A DNA stretch of 63,485 nucleotides, filler included, from Octopus bimaculoides (taxonomy: Eukaryota): the NCBI RefSeq assembly GCF_001194135.2. It is 8 parts of 8 records of this genome, joined end to end, with 100 filler letters (N's around TTAATTAATTAA, not from the genome) between each part and the next. Parts side by side here need not be neighbours in the genome. Positions count along the whole stretch, not along the records: positions 22,185 to 30,509 come from NC_068997.1; positions 30,610 to 37,913 come from NC_068996.1; 6 more parts are not named here. The stretch is one strand, 5' to 3'. Below the pieces are notes generated by a model. It did not search any database and had not been told where the DNA came from. It saw only the letters and a program-made list of their open reading frames with translations. This document shows, in pieces, positions 26,066 to 38,013 of this stretch (its first letter is position 1; each line of letters starts with the position of its first letter). The position numbers and the translations under genes are program-made.

Positions 26066-26664
26066 NNNNNNNNNNNNNNNNNNNNNNNNNNNNNNNNNNN
26101 NNNNNNNNNNNNNNNNNNNNNNNNNNNNNNNNNNNNNNNNNNNNNNNNNNNNNNNNNNNNNNNNNNNNNNNNNNNNNNNNNNNNNNNNNNNNNNNNNNNN
26201 NNNNNNNNNNNNNNNNNNNNNNNNNNNNNNNNNNNNNNNNNNNNNNNNNNNNNNNNNNNNNNNNNNNNNNNNNNNNNNNNNNNNNNNNNNNNNNNNNNNN
26301 NNNNNNNNNNNNNNNNNNNNNNNNNNNNNNNNNNNNNNNNNNNNNNNNNNNNNNNNNNNNNNNNNNNNNNNNNNNNNNNNNNNNNNNNNNNNNNNNNNNN
26401 NNNNNNNNNNNNNNNNNNNNNNNNNNNNNNNNNNNNNNNNNNNNNNNNNNNNNNNNNNNNNNNNNNNNNNNNNNNNNNNNNNNNNNNNNNNNNNNNNNNN
26501 NNNNNNNNNNNNNNNNNNNNNNNNTATATATATATATATATATTCGTCACACATATATGTGCTTATATAAATACGTGAACAAGCATATGTATGTATACAT
26601 GTATATATGTATGTAAACGTGCATGCATATAAATTCATATATATATATATGTGTGTGTGTGTGA

Positions 26665-26695
<31 letters not shown>

Positions 26696-27689
26696 TGTGT
26701 GTGTATAAATGATATCCATATTTATATCTCTATGCCCACATATACAAGCAAAGGCACATACAAATACACATATTCTTTACTAATGACTAAGAGACGAGTG
26801 TGTGTATGTTGTAGTATGTGGGGAATCAGTGAAAGCATAATTCTTTTAGCATTGAAGATGAAGCAGCTGTTCGTATAAGTGAGACCACACATATGTCTAT
26901 ATGACAGCGCTAAGCGTCCTAGAAAAGTAGCTATAAATATTTAAATACATGCATTCGCCCTCAATTACAAACATATTCGCACGCAGGTGCATAAGCCGAA
27001 TAATAACAGTGGGATAGTGGTTCAATCACTACCATTGTATCAGACGTGTTTTTATTAATGAATTGAGTTATTATATAATGTGAAAAAAAAATCCATTTCG
27101 TCAGGTGAATATGTGCACGAATTAAGCATTTTAAAAGAACATTTCAACAAATTCAAGTATGTGTCATATCCTGATTCGCTTGCGATCTTCCTGATTCCCT
27201 TGCGATTCACAACGGAATCATGAAATGCCTCATACTTGGATTCATTCGAATTCGGTATTTGTTTTCATTTTATCATCTGTATTTTTGTTAAAAGCTTGTA
27301 TGGAACGTAACGTCTCCAAAAATGAAAATGATCTAATTTCAAATAGTGATGTGCATAGCAGAGCAAGTGAGAATAATCATAGGTAAGTACGTATATACAC
27401 ACACGTACATACACGCGCGCACAGGCACACACACACATATATGTATATGTATGTTTGTGTATGCAACTGAAGCAATATCAAATTAAAATTCTAAAACAAT
27501 TTTGAGGTTAATACTGCTTCAATTTCACATACTAGATTATTTATTCACCACAACAGCAATTCGCAAAACAAGTGAATATGGTATTCGCTGGGAGTATATG
27601 TCTAATGTATAACATACATATAAACCATAATATGCATATTATTCATATCCAAAAATTTAGCTAGGTTGGGAGTGGGCAGCAGAGTTGGT

Positions 27690-28060
27690 GTGGTGTCATG
27701 CTAGAAATTTCGAAGTATCCTCCCTAATATTAAAGCGTTCATTGTAGATTAATTAATATTCAATTTTTCCGTGATACAGAATTTACATTTGTTGCCACGT
27801 CCCAATACTTATTGGCCTTATCTATGGTGATTTAATTTATATGGTGGTTGTTCATACTCCACACGTTAAGCGTCCATACCATGTTGGACAATGACGTTGT
27901 GTGCCTCTTGTTTTTTTCTCTGAATGAAGTCAGATGCTACATGTATCTCTCCTTGAAGGTATTCTCCGTCATCCCAAAGTAAGCCTGTTCTTTTTTTTTT
28001 TTAATTTCCAAACTCACACATCAATTTTACTTGCCAATTTTGTCAAGCCTGATGAAATGT
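27690..28060 (-). mobile_element. Penelope-like element GIY-YIG endonuclease remnant
   Basis: YFGMTENTFKERY (27981-27943), HLTSFR..RHTTSLSNMVWTL, then CKFCITEKLNI (27787-27755) after frameshifts. Confidence 0.75.
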
Positions 28061-28419
28061 TCTGGTTTCATGCTCTTGTAATTTAATACATTTATAAGCA
28101 AATGAATATTCATGCTATGGAACGCAGAAACACAACGTATGTGAGATTAAAATTGTAAGCAGGGTTATAGTCATAAGTTTAATAAACAAATATTCAGTCT
28201 GCATCTGAAAAGACACAGTCAACTGACAGTCTTTGTTGTCAAATGACAGGTTATTCAAAATCCAGGCAAGAACAGAATATGAACTAGTGGCGCTTTTCAG
28301 GTTATTTTTTTACCGATATCGACCGTTGCGTCCTTGTCAGAATCATCGCTAACGTCGTCGACTCGACCTTCACCATCGGCAAAGAAAATAACGAACTCAA
28401 TCGTTGTCTTCGACCAGTA

Positions 28420-28434
28420 CCGTCGTCGTCGTCG

Positions 28435-28506
<72 letters not shown>

Positions 28507-28848
28507 CCGTCATCATCATCATCACAGTCCCTACTACTAGAAACACCATAGACACCACTACCGACACAACCACTACTACCAACACCATCCTTAACACCCT
28601 CTTCATAATCATTGTCGTTGTCATGCTCATCATCATTAGTGTCATCATCAGCATCATCAGCATCATCATAATCATCGTCATCATCGTCATCATCATCATC
28701 ATCATCATCATCATCTGTGTTGTCGTCATAGTTTTTATTGTTACTTTCGTCATCGTCTTCCTCTTCGTCCTCCTTACCATCATCATCAATAAAACAATCA
28801 ACTTTACTACCATCATTAACATCGACGCCTTCATGTTCAGCATGAAAC

Positions 28849-28882
<34 letters not shown>

Positions 28883-29366
28883 TATCCTCATCATCCTCAT
28901 CATCATCACTATCATAATCTTTATCCTCATCATCATATCACATCATCCTCGTCATCGTCATCGTCATCAGCGTCGTCGTCATTATCATCATCATCATCAT
29001 CATCCTCATCATCATCATAATCATCATCATCATTGTCGTCATTATCATCATCGTCATCGTCATCATCGTCCTCCTCCTCCTCCTCCTCCTCCTCCTCCTG
29101 CTTATCATCATCATCATCTTCATCATCATCATATCGCATCATCATCATCGTCGTTGTCATCATCATCATCATCACCATCATCATGAACAGCATCATCATC
29201 ATCATCATTATCATCATCTTTATCATCATCATCGTCGTCATCGTCATTATCATCATCATCATCGTCATCGTCTTCATCATCATCATCTTCATCATCATCA
29301 TCTTCATCATCATCATCGTCATCATCATCATCATCATCATCATATCACATCATCATCATCGTCGTT
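28420..29366. repeat. (ATC)n cryptic microsatellite array
   Basis: direct inspection. Confidence 0.95.
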
Positions 29367-29764
29367 ATCATCTTTTATAGCTGAAATTTTCTTCTCTGTT
29401 TTTCTTCACTTTTTTTGTTCACTTTTATTTTTTGTTCTGCTTTGTTTTTTTTTTCTTTCTGTTTCCTCCTTTTTTGTTTTGCTTTTTTTCTTCTTCAGTA
29501 GGGCTTGCAATCATTACTTTGATTCTGTTTCATTCTGATGTTGACATGTCAAGGGAGGTCATGGAGATATTTTACAGAATTCATCTGATTGGTCGACATT
29601 TGAAATATTTTTATCTTTTTCTGTTTCTTAAATTTTTTTTTTACTGTTATTCTTATTTATCTTATTTTTCTGTTCTTTTATTGTTTTTTGCGGAGTTGTT
29701 TTTTTTTTCACGTTTCGCATGTATTTTATTTATTTATTTATTTATTTATTCATTCATTCATTCG

Positions 29765-29803
<39 letters not shown>

Positions 29804-29935
29804 TTGCTGTAGAGCTAGCAAGCATTGCGAGGAATGATGACATCTGCGTAGGTCAACTTTTAAAAACTCGTCCGAGCGTATCCTGACAATGAAGGCAGAT
29901 AGAAACTGTCATGATAGCAATTAATTCACAAAAAA

Positions 29936-29973
<38 letters not shown>

Positions 29974-29986
29974 CAACAACAGCATC

Positions 29987-30036
<50 letters not shown>

Positions 30037-30609
30037 TAATAATAAGGAATAACTTCGTAGTCGCAGCCGAGCATGTGCGAAAGAAGCGAATCTTTGCAGT
30101 GGCTATTTGCAAATTAATTCCAAGAATAACAACAACAACAGCAAGAACAACAACGACAATAACAAAAATACAACAAGCTGTTTCAACTGCTGCATTGACA
30201 TCAAGGAAAAAAAAATATCAAAAAAACATGGAGTCGACTTCACAGCAGCTCAATAATATATAGAACAACAGGAAAAACCTGGTTGTAAGAACATCCGTAG
30301 ATATTACAACAGTTTGTAGTGTTGAGTAAAATGGTTTGCAGGTGTTGTTGTTGGTGTTGTTGTTGTTGCTGCTGCTGCTGCTGTTGGTGTTGCTGCTGCT
30401 GCTGTTGTATGGTTCCGACGTCTTTCTTGTTGCAGGTCTATATTCAAACGTTTCTCTCTTAGTCCCGACGACTCACCGTTCTTCTCAAACTCAATGTGTA
30501 TTTGTATTCNNNNNNNNNNNNNNNNNNNNNNNNNNNNNNNNNNNNNNNNNNNNTTAATTAATTAANNNNNNNNNNNNNNNNNNNNNNNNNNNNNNNNNNN
30601 NNNNNNNNN

Positions 30610-31380
30610 AGGAGGGACCTTTGGTATTTTTATTTTGTATGCCCTCATACCCATGTAAATAGGTATTAAAATCACGTCCTCTGTTTCCAAAGATTTCACT
30701 GAGTGCACTTGTGCAGTTTCAATGCTATTTAAGTGTACCTCAATGGTAACGAACTTCTTCCCTCTCGCTAGATATGTAATATCCTGCCAAATGGGCTTTA
30801 AACATTTCTCAATTTTCTCTTCGTTTGCTCGCTCGATTTTTCTTTCTTTTTTACAATATACTTTGAAAATAATTCTTTTTTTTTTTTCTCTGTTAATAAA
30901 AATTCTTCTGGTGGTTGAACTTTGACAACACCGTTTTCAATTTTTAACATGTCCTTATACATTAACAGGTCACTTTTGTTCGTCGACAGCTGGCGGGTTC
31001 TTTTTTGTTTATTTTCTTCTGTTTGAAGGCTTTTCACGTCAATATTCCTCTTTGCAACAGTACACATTGATGGTTTGGGAAATTCACTTTCAGAAGAATC
31101 CGAAATATCGCCAAATATTAAACTTTCAATCTTTTTTGCATCCCTGTCGGTTGATGACTCTTCGTCAGACGAAGTTACACTTTTCGGCATCTTGCCAGCA
31201 ATTAATGTTTCCCCCACAGGGGAAAACACACGATAGTTTTCGAACGAAGACTATATCATAAATAATTATAACAGGAACAATAAATATAACAGGAAATAAC
31301 ACAAAAACAGTCAATAGAAACTTGCACTTACTATACAGACGCACTCCAATAATAATTACCAATAAATCCAAACTCACACA
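30610..31380 (-). mobile_element. Tx1-like ORF1 element E2 (5' UTR plus N-terminal ORF1, running into a gap)
   Basis: frame-shifted continuation EKIEKCLKPIWQDITYLARGKKFVTIEVHLNSIETAQVHSVKSLETEDVILIPIYMGMRAYKIKIPKVPP aligns with E1 and E3. Confidence 0.75.
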
Positions 31381-33135
31381 GACGAAATACCGCTAAGCAT
31401 TTCGCCCGGTGTGCTACTCTCTTTATTTTGGCACTAAGGCCACTACATAGAGGGGGACATTATAAGGACAGACAATTCAATACAAAACGTAGGGTACATA
31501 GAACGAATAATGAATAAAATAAATTCCTTACAATGAATTGATGAAATGGCTCACGAGCCCCCCAAAACTCGCAGTTTCATTTGACTGTTCTTTTCATACA
31601 GTTCTTATACAGTTTAAGATCTTTTTTTTTACTCTTGAATCACTATATTTGACAATATCTCTTCTGGTGTTATTACTTTTTGCAGATTATTATATCGCAC
31701 ATTTAGCCCACTTTCCACGATCTTTTCCGGGTATAACTTTTTCAGTCTGTTCACCACACTCACTTCCACCAATGCAGCTTTATCATATCTTTCGATTATC
31801 ACCGGATCCATCCTTACTCTTATCAGCCCTTTTGTTTGCGAAATCTTTTTTTCTATCTCTATATCTTTTTCATAGTACATTAACGTATGGTAATGTTTTC
31901 TTAACGGTCTCTCAAAATTCGCTGCTTCGCACAAACTATCCTCCACCTCCCACTCCCACTCTTCAATTTTCATCGCTCTTTCCCAGGTTCCTGGGTTCGA
32001 TTCTCTGTATCCTCCTCTTCCACCACTATCTTCTTTTTCCCTCTCTTTTTTGGGGAGGTTCTTTGGTGGCAACTCGGTCCGCGCTCTCTTTCTCTCAGTT
32101 GCAACTTCGTCCACATCTTCCTCCCGTTTCTCTTTTTCTTCTATCTGTTGTTCTTCTTCCACCTTATTTTCACCTTCCACCACCGCTTCTTCACTGACCT
32201 CTGTCTCTTCTACCTGTACCTCTCTGTGTCCCCTACTTCTACATTTATAGCATACGAGTGGCCTCCCCTCCACCACGACCCTCAGTCGGGTGTCATCGGG
32301 GAGCACCAACTCCTCCGCAATGTTGTGCACGTCTGGCAGGGTTATATGGTTTACAATTTCTAACCCAAGACCCCACCAATTAATCTTTTTTGATCTCTCC
32401 ACCTTTACTATCTCCACCTCGTCCTTGCAATTGTAGATCACAGCTGCTACCGGCCATTCTACGTCTATTTCGGGGGATATTCTCCCAATTCTTATTCTTG
32501 CGGCTCTTCTACCGCAGTACACCGGCAAAAGCGCCCACTTATCCGTTCTCAGAGGTACCGTGAAGTACTTCTTCGCGTCTTCTTCGCTTTTGAAATGTAC
32601 CTTCACTGTTCCATATTTTTTTTCCTCTCGAGTAGAAAATTATCTCTTCCATAATTCCACTTAAACATTCCTCAATCTCGTCGGCCTCCGCTATCTCAAT
32701 TCTTTTTGTTGTTACATTTAACGTTTTGTACATTATTATTCTCTTCTCTGCTTTTTCTATCGCTTCTTTTGGTGGACTAACCCGAAGGCAGTCTCCCTCA
32801 TTCTTCAAAATTTCGAAATGTCTCTATCTTTTTCAATTCAATTTTCACATCTTTCATCTCCATATCGTCAGCCGACCGGCTTTTGCCAGCCGCTGCCGCA
32901 TAACTAGTAGTCTGCATTACTAGGTATACAAACTATTTCACAATTTTTAACAATATAATAACAGCAGTGACTTCAACAATTTTCAACAAAATACTAACAG
33001 CAGTAAATTCAACAAACTTTCAACAACAATTTGCACAACAATATTCATCAACAATTAACTTACAATATCTCCGTTCTCAACTCCAACACAACTTCATTCG
33101 CCGGGCGTGCTAACGATTTTGCCAGCTCGCCGCCC
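31381..33135 (-). mobile_element. SINE family A head interrupted by E1 (pieces 33097-33135 and 31381-31416)
   Basis: rejoining the flanks restores gacgaaataccgctaagcatttcgcccggcgtgctaacgattttgccagctcgccgcc. Confidence 0.85.
31417..33096 (-). mobile_element. ORF1-only (HAL1-like) Tx1-type retroelement E1 with 16-bp TSD
   Basis: TSD 31401-31416 / 33097-33112 (14/16); TG-rich 5' UTR; ORF1 32917->31629 with two 1-nt homopolymer frameshifts; CYKCRSRGH knuckle; ~210-nt 3' UTR ending AATAAAGAGAG. Confidence 0.8.
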
Positions 33136-33427
33136 TTATGTACAGATAAATACTAAAAAACTGGAAGATCCCACCGCCACCGAATTGACCGGCTTTCATT
33201 TCATGATTCATTATATTTTTTCTATATTTTCTTAACCTTTTCGAAATTTTTCGCTCATTTTATAATACGATTTCATCGATTCATATCTTATAATTTAGTT
33301 ATACCAACTTTTTTCTATCCTATCATTTTTTCGTGTAAAGCATCTTCGCTTTTAAACGATATTTAAAACGATTTAGTTTTTTCTATTTATGCGGTTTATG
33401 TATATATCGATTTGTATAGCTTGTATA

Positions 33428-33718
33428 CTTCGATTTGGGAGCAAATATTTAAGAAAAAGTGGAAGTGGATTGGTAGCACAATCAGAAAGGACACACCAAA
33501 TGTAGCGAAATGTGCTTTACAGTGGAATCCGGATGGATATAGAAAGAAGGGTAGGCCTAAGAACTCGTGGCGTAGATCAACACAAAATGAACTAGAGAAA
33601 GGGGGACATTCATGGCCGAGTATAAGTACAGAAGCGAAAAATTATGCGACATGGAATTCAATTATAAGTGGCCTATACTCCGCGTTGGAGGATTAAAGGC
33701 AAGAAAGTAAATAAGAAA
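33428..33718 (+). mobile_element. 5'-truncated RTE LINE with perfect 14-bp TSD
   Basis: KWKWIGSTIRK..ALQWNPDGYRKKGRPKNSWRR C-terminus; GTATAGCTTGTATA at 33414-33427 and 33719-33732. Confidence 0.88.
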
Positions 33719-34079
33719 GTATAGCTTGTATATCATGTGGCTTTGTATTGTACCAACATTTACGACCATTTGTGAACTTTTTGTTCTATGTAAAAAAATT
33801 TTACCTTTTACCTCATATTCATTTTTACAAATTCATTTAAATTTGATATCCTTCATATTTTCATGTTCCATCACATGATCCCAGATCTTCACAATTTTAA
33901 TAATTTGTACATTTGTACTGATAATTCATTTTTATATTTTGTTTTTATTTTATTTATATTCTTTATTTCATTTTATTTATTTTACCCATCAAGATGGTAT
34001 CCTCCATTAGACATGCTTTATCTTTGTGCCGGTTCTAAACTGTTCCTCTATTTAAACTAAACCTTTGGGAGTATAATGT

Positions 34080-36309
34080 TTTTCAGAGTTGTTGTAAGTT
34101 GATTTACTGTGTTAATCTTGCTGTTATTGTTGATAAATTACCGTTAGACATTTTGTTGAGTGTTTTATAAATACTTTGTTTCTGCCTTACGGCGGTGTTG
34201 TTATCGTTTTCCTCCTTGGTTGAAGGGGGAAGCGCTGCATTTTATGATTATGTCGATATACGAAACTATAAGTTCGTCCGGCATGGAAACGTCAGAGAAG
34301 GAGCTGTTGCGTTGTCTCAGTAACATGGAGAAGGAATTATACAAGGATGAAGGTGAAAAGGCTGAAAAGTTTGATAAACAAGAGATGAATTTTGCGGCTG
34401 GTGTTTTCAAAGAGGAAATCAATCTTGAGAGGCACCATTTGCAAAAATACAAAGAGATGATGAAAAAGGAGGAGCGAAATTGCAAGGTCTATAACGATAA
34501 ATACAATTATGTGCAGAACATAAAGTTTGAAGCTGAAAAGAATCAAGGTTGCTACAAGGCAACAGGTGGAGAAAGCGTTGGAACCCATCTGGCAGTACGT
34601 TACGTACCTCGCCGGAGGGAAGAAGTTCGCTACGTTAGAGGTGCTGTAGAAAACAGAGAAGGAAGCCAGGCAGCACTCTGTAACCTCCCTGAGGACAGAC
34701 GAGGTGGTTCTTCTGTCTATCTACCTTGGAAGACGTACTTCCAGGGTAAGGGTAGAAGAAATCCCTCCGGAGGTAGATGTTGCCTGGCTTGTAGCGGCAA
34801 CGTTGTGCGGAATGGGAGAGAAGATTGTGGTCCTGCAGGGTACAAGGATACCACCGAGAAACTTTCAAGGACAAAGCTTGGAGATGGTCATAGAGGCTGC
34901 CCCGCAAGATTTGGAAAGTATAGTGGCACCACTATGGTGGAGAAATAAATAAGACTGAGGGTGATGGAAGCCCCGAAGTGTGGTCAAATAGGCCACATAA
35001 GAGTGGAATGCCCTCCTCCACCTGTAAAATGAGCAGTGGTCCTGCTAGTCAGGAAAGAGACCGCACCTCTATCTCCTGTGACAGCAGAAGCAGAAGGAGT
35101 GAATGCTAGGGAGCCATGTGCTGCAGAAAAGTTGGAAGAAGTGGTAGTACAAGAGTGGAAGACAATGACCAAAAGAAAAAGAAAAGGACTCATACCATTG
35201 GTGCTATCTCCCACCCTACCCCCACCCTACTCTCACCCTGCTCCACTCTACCTCACCCTTCCCCTGCAGACACCAACCTTCAACCTACCCCACCAGACAC
35301 TAACTCCAACCCTGTCCCTACAGATACACAAACAAGCATCCAGGAGTCCAAACTTCCCCAGCCCCTACAGTAAGAAAAAAGTTGCATTATAAAAGAAAAA
35401 CATGATGTTCCAGTGTCCGTTGGACTTGCCCCACATGTAAATTGTACTCTCATAAATGGAGAGCACTATCATGGACTTAGTGAGACGTTCGGGAAGAAGG
35501 TTTGAATATTGTCTTCAAAGGTGAGTCACATCAAAGACAACCAACCTGCCCTCCGCGTCAAAGATTGTTCTTATCTCTACATCCAAAGATTGTGGTCCTT
35601 GTTTTCTTTGTATCGTCTATCTGGATGTATCGTCTATCTGGGTGGTTAAAATGTTAGGGGTTTGGTTCAGACCTCCAGATAAAGAAGAATTGGAGCGAGG
35701 TAACGAGCAGGGTGACCCACCTAACTCAGACCTGGTCTGGGCAGTGGCTATCCCTGAAAGGATGGGCGGAGGTAGCAAATGTGTATATCGCATCTGTGAT
35801 AACCTACCACCTAACTGTCGTGCCTTTCCCCGATTCGTGACTAAGCAAGTTGTAGCGATTGCTCTTCTGCTTTTTGTGGGGAGGCAGCGGACATCTTGTA
35901 AGGCGCTCTATCTGCTGCCAACATCTGCTAAAGGGTGGGCTAGGGATGCCTTGGCTGTTGATGTGCAGCTTAATTTAATTCGTCCTTGGTCGAAAGACAC
36001 CTGCTGTTATGTCCTATTATTTGTATTTGTGTAACGTTCTCCGTTTTTTTTTCCATCCTTGTTTTCGTATATTCGCTGCTTTCTTCCAAGGAATTTAATG
36101 CTCTTAGCTTAATTTTTCCTTGGGTCTGGCAAGATTGGAGCAATCTCGAGTATAACCAGCCAAAATTGCAAAGATAATCTGGAACTCGACTGAGGAAAGA
36201 AAACTCCGAATGACCCGTCCTTGTTCTCCTTGTATCGTCTATCTGGATATTTTGCTGTCCCTTTTTGTATCACCTAACTCTCTGGATGTTTTGCGTTCTT
36301 GTCCCATTT
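34080..36309 (+). mobile_element. rearranged Tx1-like LINE E3 (ORF1, RT C-terminal fragment, 3' UTR)
   Basis: QVEKALEPIWQYVTYLAGGKKFATLEVL, knuckle CGQIGHIRVEC, RT thumb MLGVWF..KNWSEV..WLSLKGWAEVAN..FLWGG..GGLGMP (35641-35970), repetitive 3' UTR. Confidence 0.8.
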
Positions 36310-37142
36310 NNNNNNNNNNNNNNNNNNNNNNNNNNNNNNNNNNNNNNNNNNNNNNNNNNNNNNNNNNNNNNNNNNNNNNNNNNNNNNNNNNNNNNNNNNN
36401 NNNNNNNNNNNNNNNNNNNNNNNNNNNNNNNNNNNNNNNNNNNNNNNNNNNNNNNNNNNNNNNNNNNNNNNNNNNNNNNNNNNNNNNNNNNNNNNNNNNN
36501 NNNNNNNNNNNNNNNNNNNNNNNNNNNNNNNNNNNNNNNNNNNNNNNNNNNNNNNNNNNNNNNNNNNNNNNNNNNNNNNNNNNNNNNNNNNNNNNNNNNN
36601 NNNNNNNNNNNNNNNNNNNNNNNNNNNNNNNNNNNNNNNNNNNNNNNNNNNNNNNNNNNNNNNNNNNNNNNNNNNNNNNNNNNNNNNNNNNNNNNNNNNN
36701 NNNNNNNNNNNNNNNNNNNNNNNNNNNNNNNNNNNNNNNNNNNNNNNNNNNNNNNNNNNNNNNNNNNNNNNNNNNNNNNNNNNNNNNNNNNNNNNNNNNN
36801 NNNNNNNNNNNNNNNNNNNNNNNNNNNNNNNNNNNNNNNNNNNNNNNNNNNNNNNNNNNNNNNNNNNNNNNNNNNNNNNNNNNNNNNNNNNNNNNNNNNN
36901 NNNNNNNNNNNNNNNNNNNNNNNNNNNNNNNNNNNNNNNNNNNNNNNNNNNNNNNNNNNNNNNNNNNNNNNNNNNNNNNNNNNNNNNNNNNNNNNNNNNN
37001 NNNNNNNNNNNNNNNNNNNNNNNNNNNNNNNNNNNNNNNNNNNNNNNNNNNNNNNNNNNNNNNNNNNNNNNNNNNNNNNNNNNNNNNNNNNNNNNNNNNN
37101 NNNNNNNNNNNNNNNNNNNNNNNNNNNNNNNNNNNNTATATA

Positions 37143-37288
37143 CACGACGGGGTTCTTTCAGTTTCCGTCAACCAAATCCACTCACAACGCTTGGGTCGGC
37201 CTGAGGCTATACTAGAAGACACTTGCCCAAGGTGACAAGAAGTGGAACTGAACCCGGAACCATGTGGTTGGTAAACAAGCTACTTACC
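37143..37288 (-). mobile_element. CORE-SINE family B, 5' half
   Basis: acttgcccaagg CORE block plus tRNA head. Confidence 0.85.
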
Positions 37289-38013
37289 ACACAGCCGGGA
37301 AACATTTTGAATATGCAAATAAAGTTCCTATTCCGTTATGTCAATTTCAGTCTAATGATGTTGACTGGTGAGCCAGTTTTTTTTTTTGGGGGGGGGGGGG
37401 TAGCATAACGATGATCTACCCGATGCCCACAGATACTACAGACTACAGTGTAATCATCCCAGGAATACGGACTATGATCTTAAGAGACATGTGATTTGCG
37501 GAAACGCGTGTAGCGATGCATTAAAATATCAATAAATTTCATCCAAGATTGTTGTTGTTGTTGTTGTTGTTGTTATTATTATCATGTGTGTGTGTGTGTG
37601 TATAAAACTGAGAATGTGTGTCTGTCTGTATGTGTGCATCACTAAAACTCGTGAACTACCCAATCGATTTCATTTAAATTTTACACATGCCTTACTTAGG
37701 ATCCATGCTGTGTCATGGGCCAAAACAATTTTAAACTTCTTGCCTAATCCAAGCCCTGAACAATCTCTTATCTCTTATATTATTTCAGTATTACGTGTCA
37801 AAAGAGAAACAATAGCATCTCTATTGTAATGTGAGGTAATACTTTCAGTTTTCATAGTTACAGTATTAATAGTGAAACTATTATCTCATATATATACATG
37901 CATACGTATATATNNNNNNNNNNNNNNNNNNNNNNNNNNNNNNNNNNNNNNNNNNNNTTAATTAATTAANNNNNNNNNNNNNNNNNNNNNNNNNNNNNNN
38001 NNNNNNNNNNNNN

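Noticed and set aside
34160-34948. 262-aa ORF as a stand-alone gene
   Set aside because: It is a frameshift chimera of the Tx1-like ORF1; the homologous reading switches frame near 34525.
37475-37515. CTTAAGA...GAAACGCGTGTA hammerhead look-alike
   Set aside because: Core G5 is missing and neither stem I nor stem II pairs convincingly; at most a decayed pLTR.
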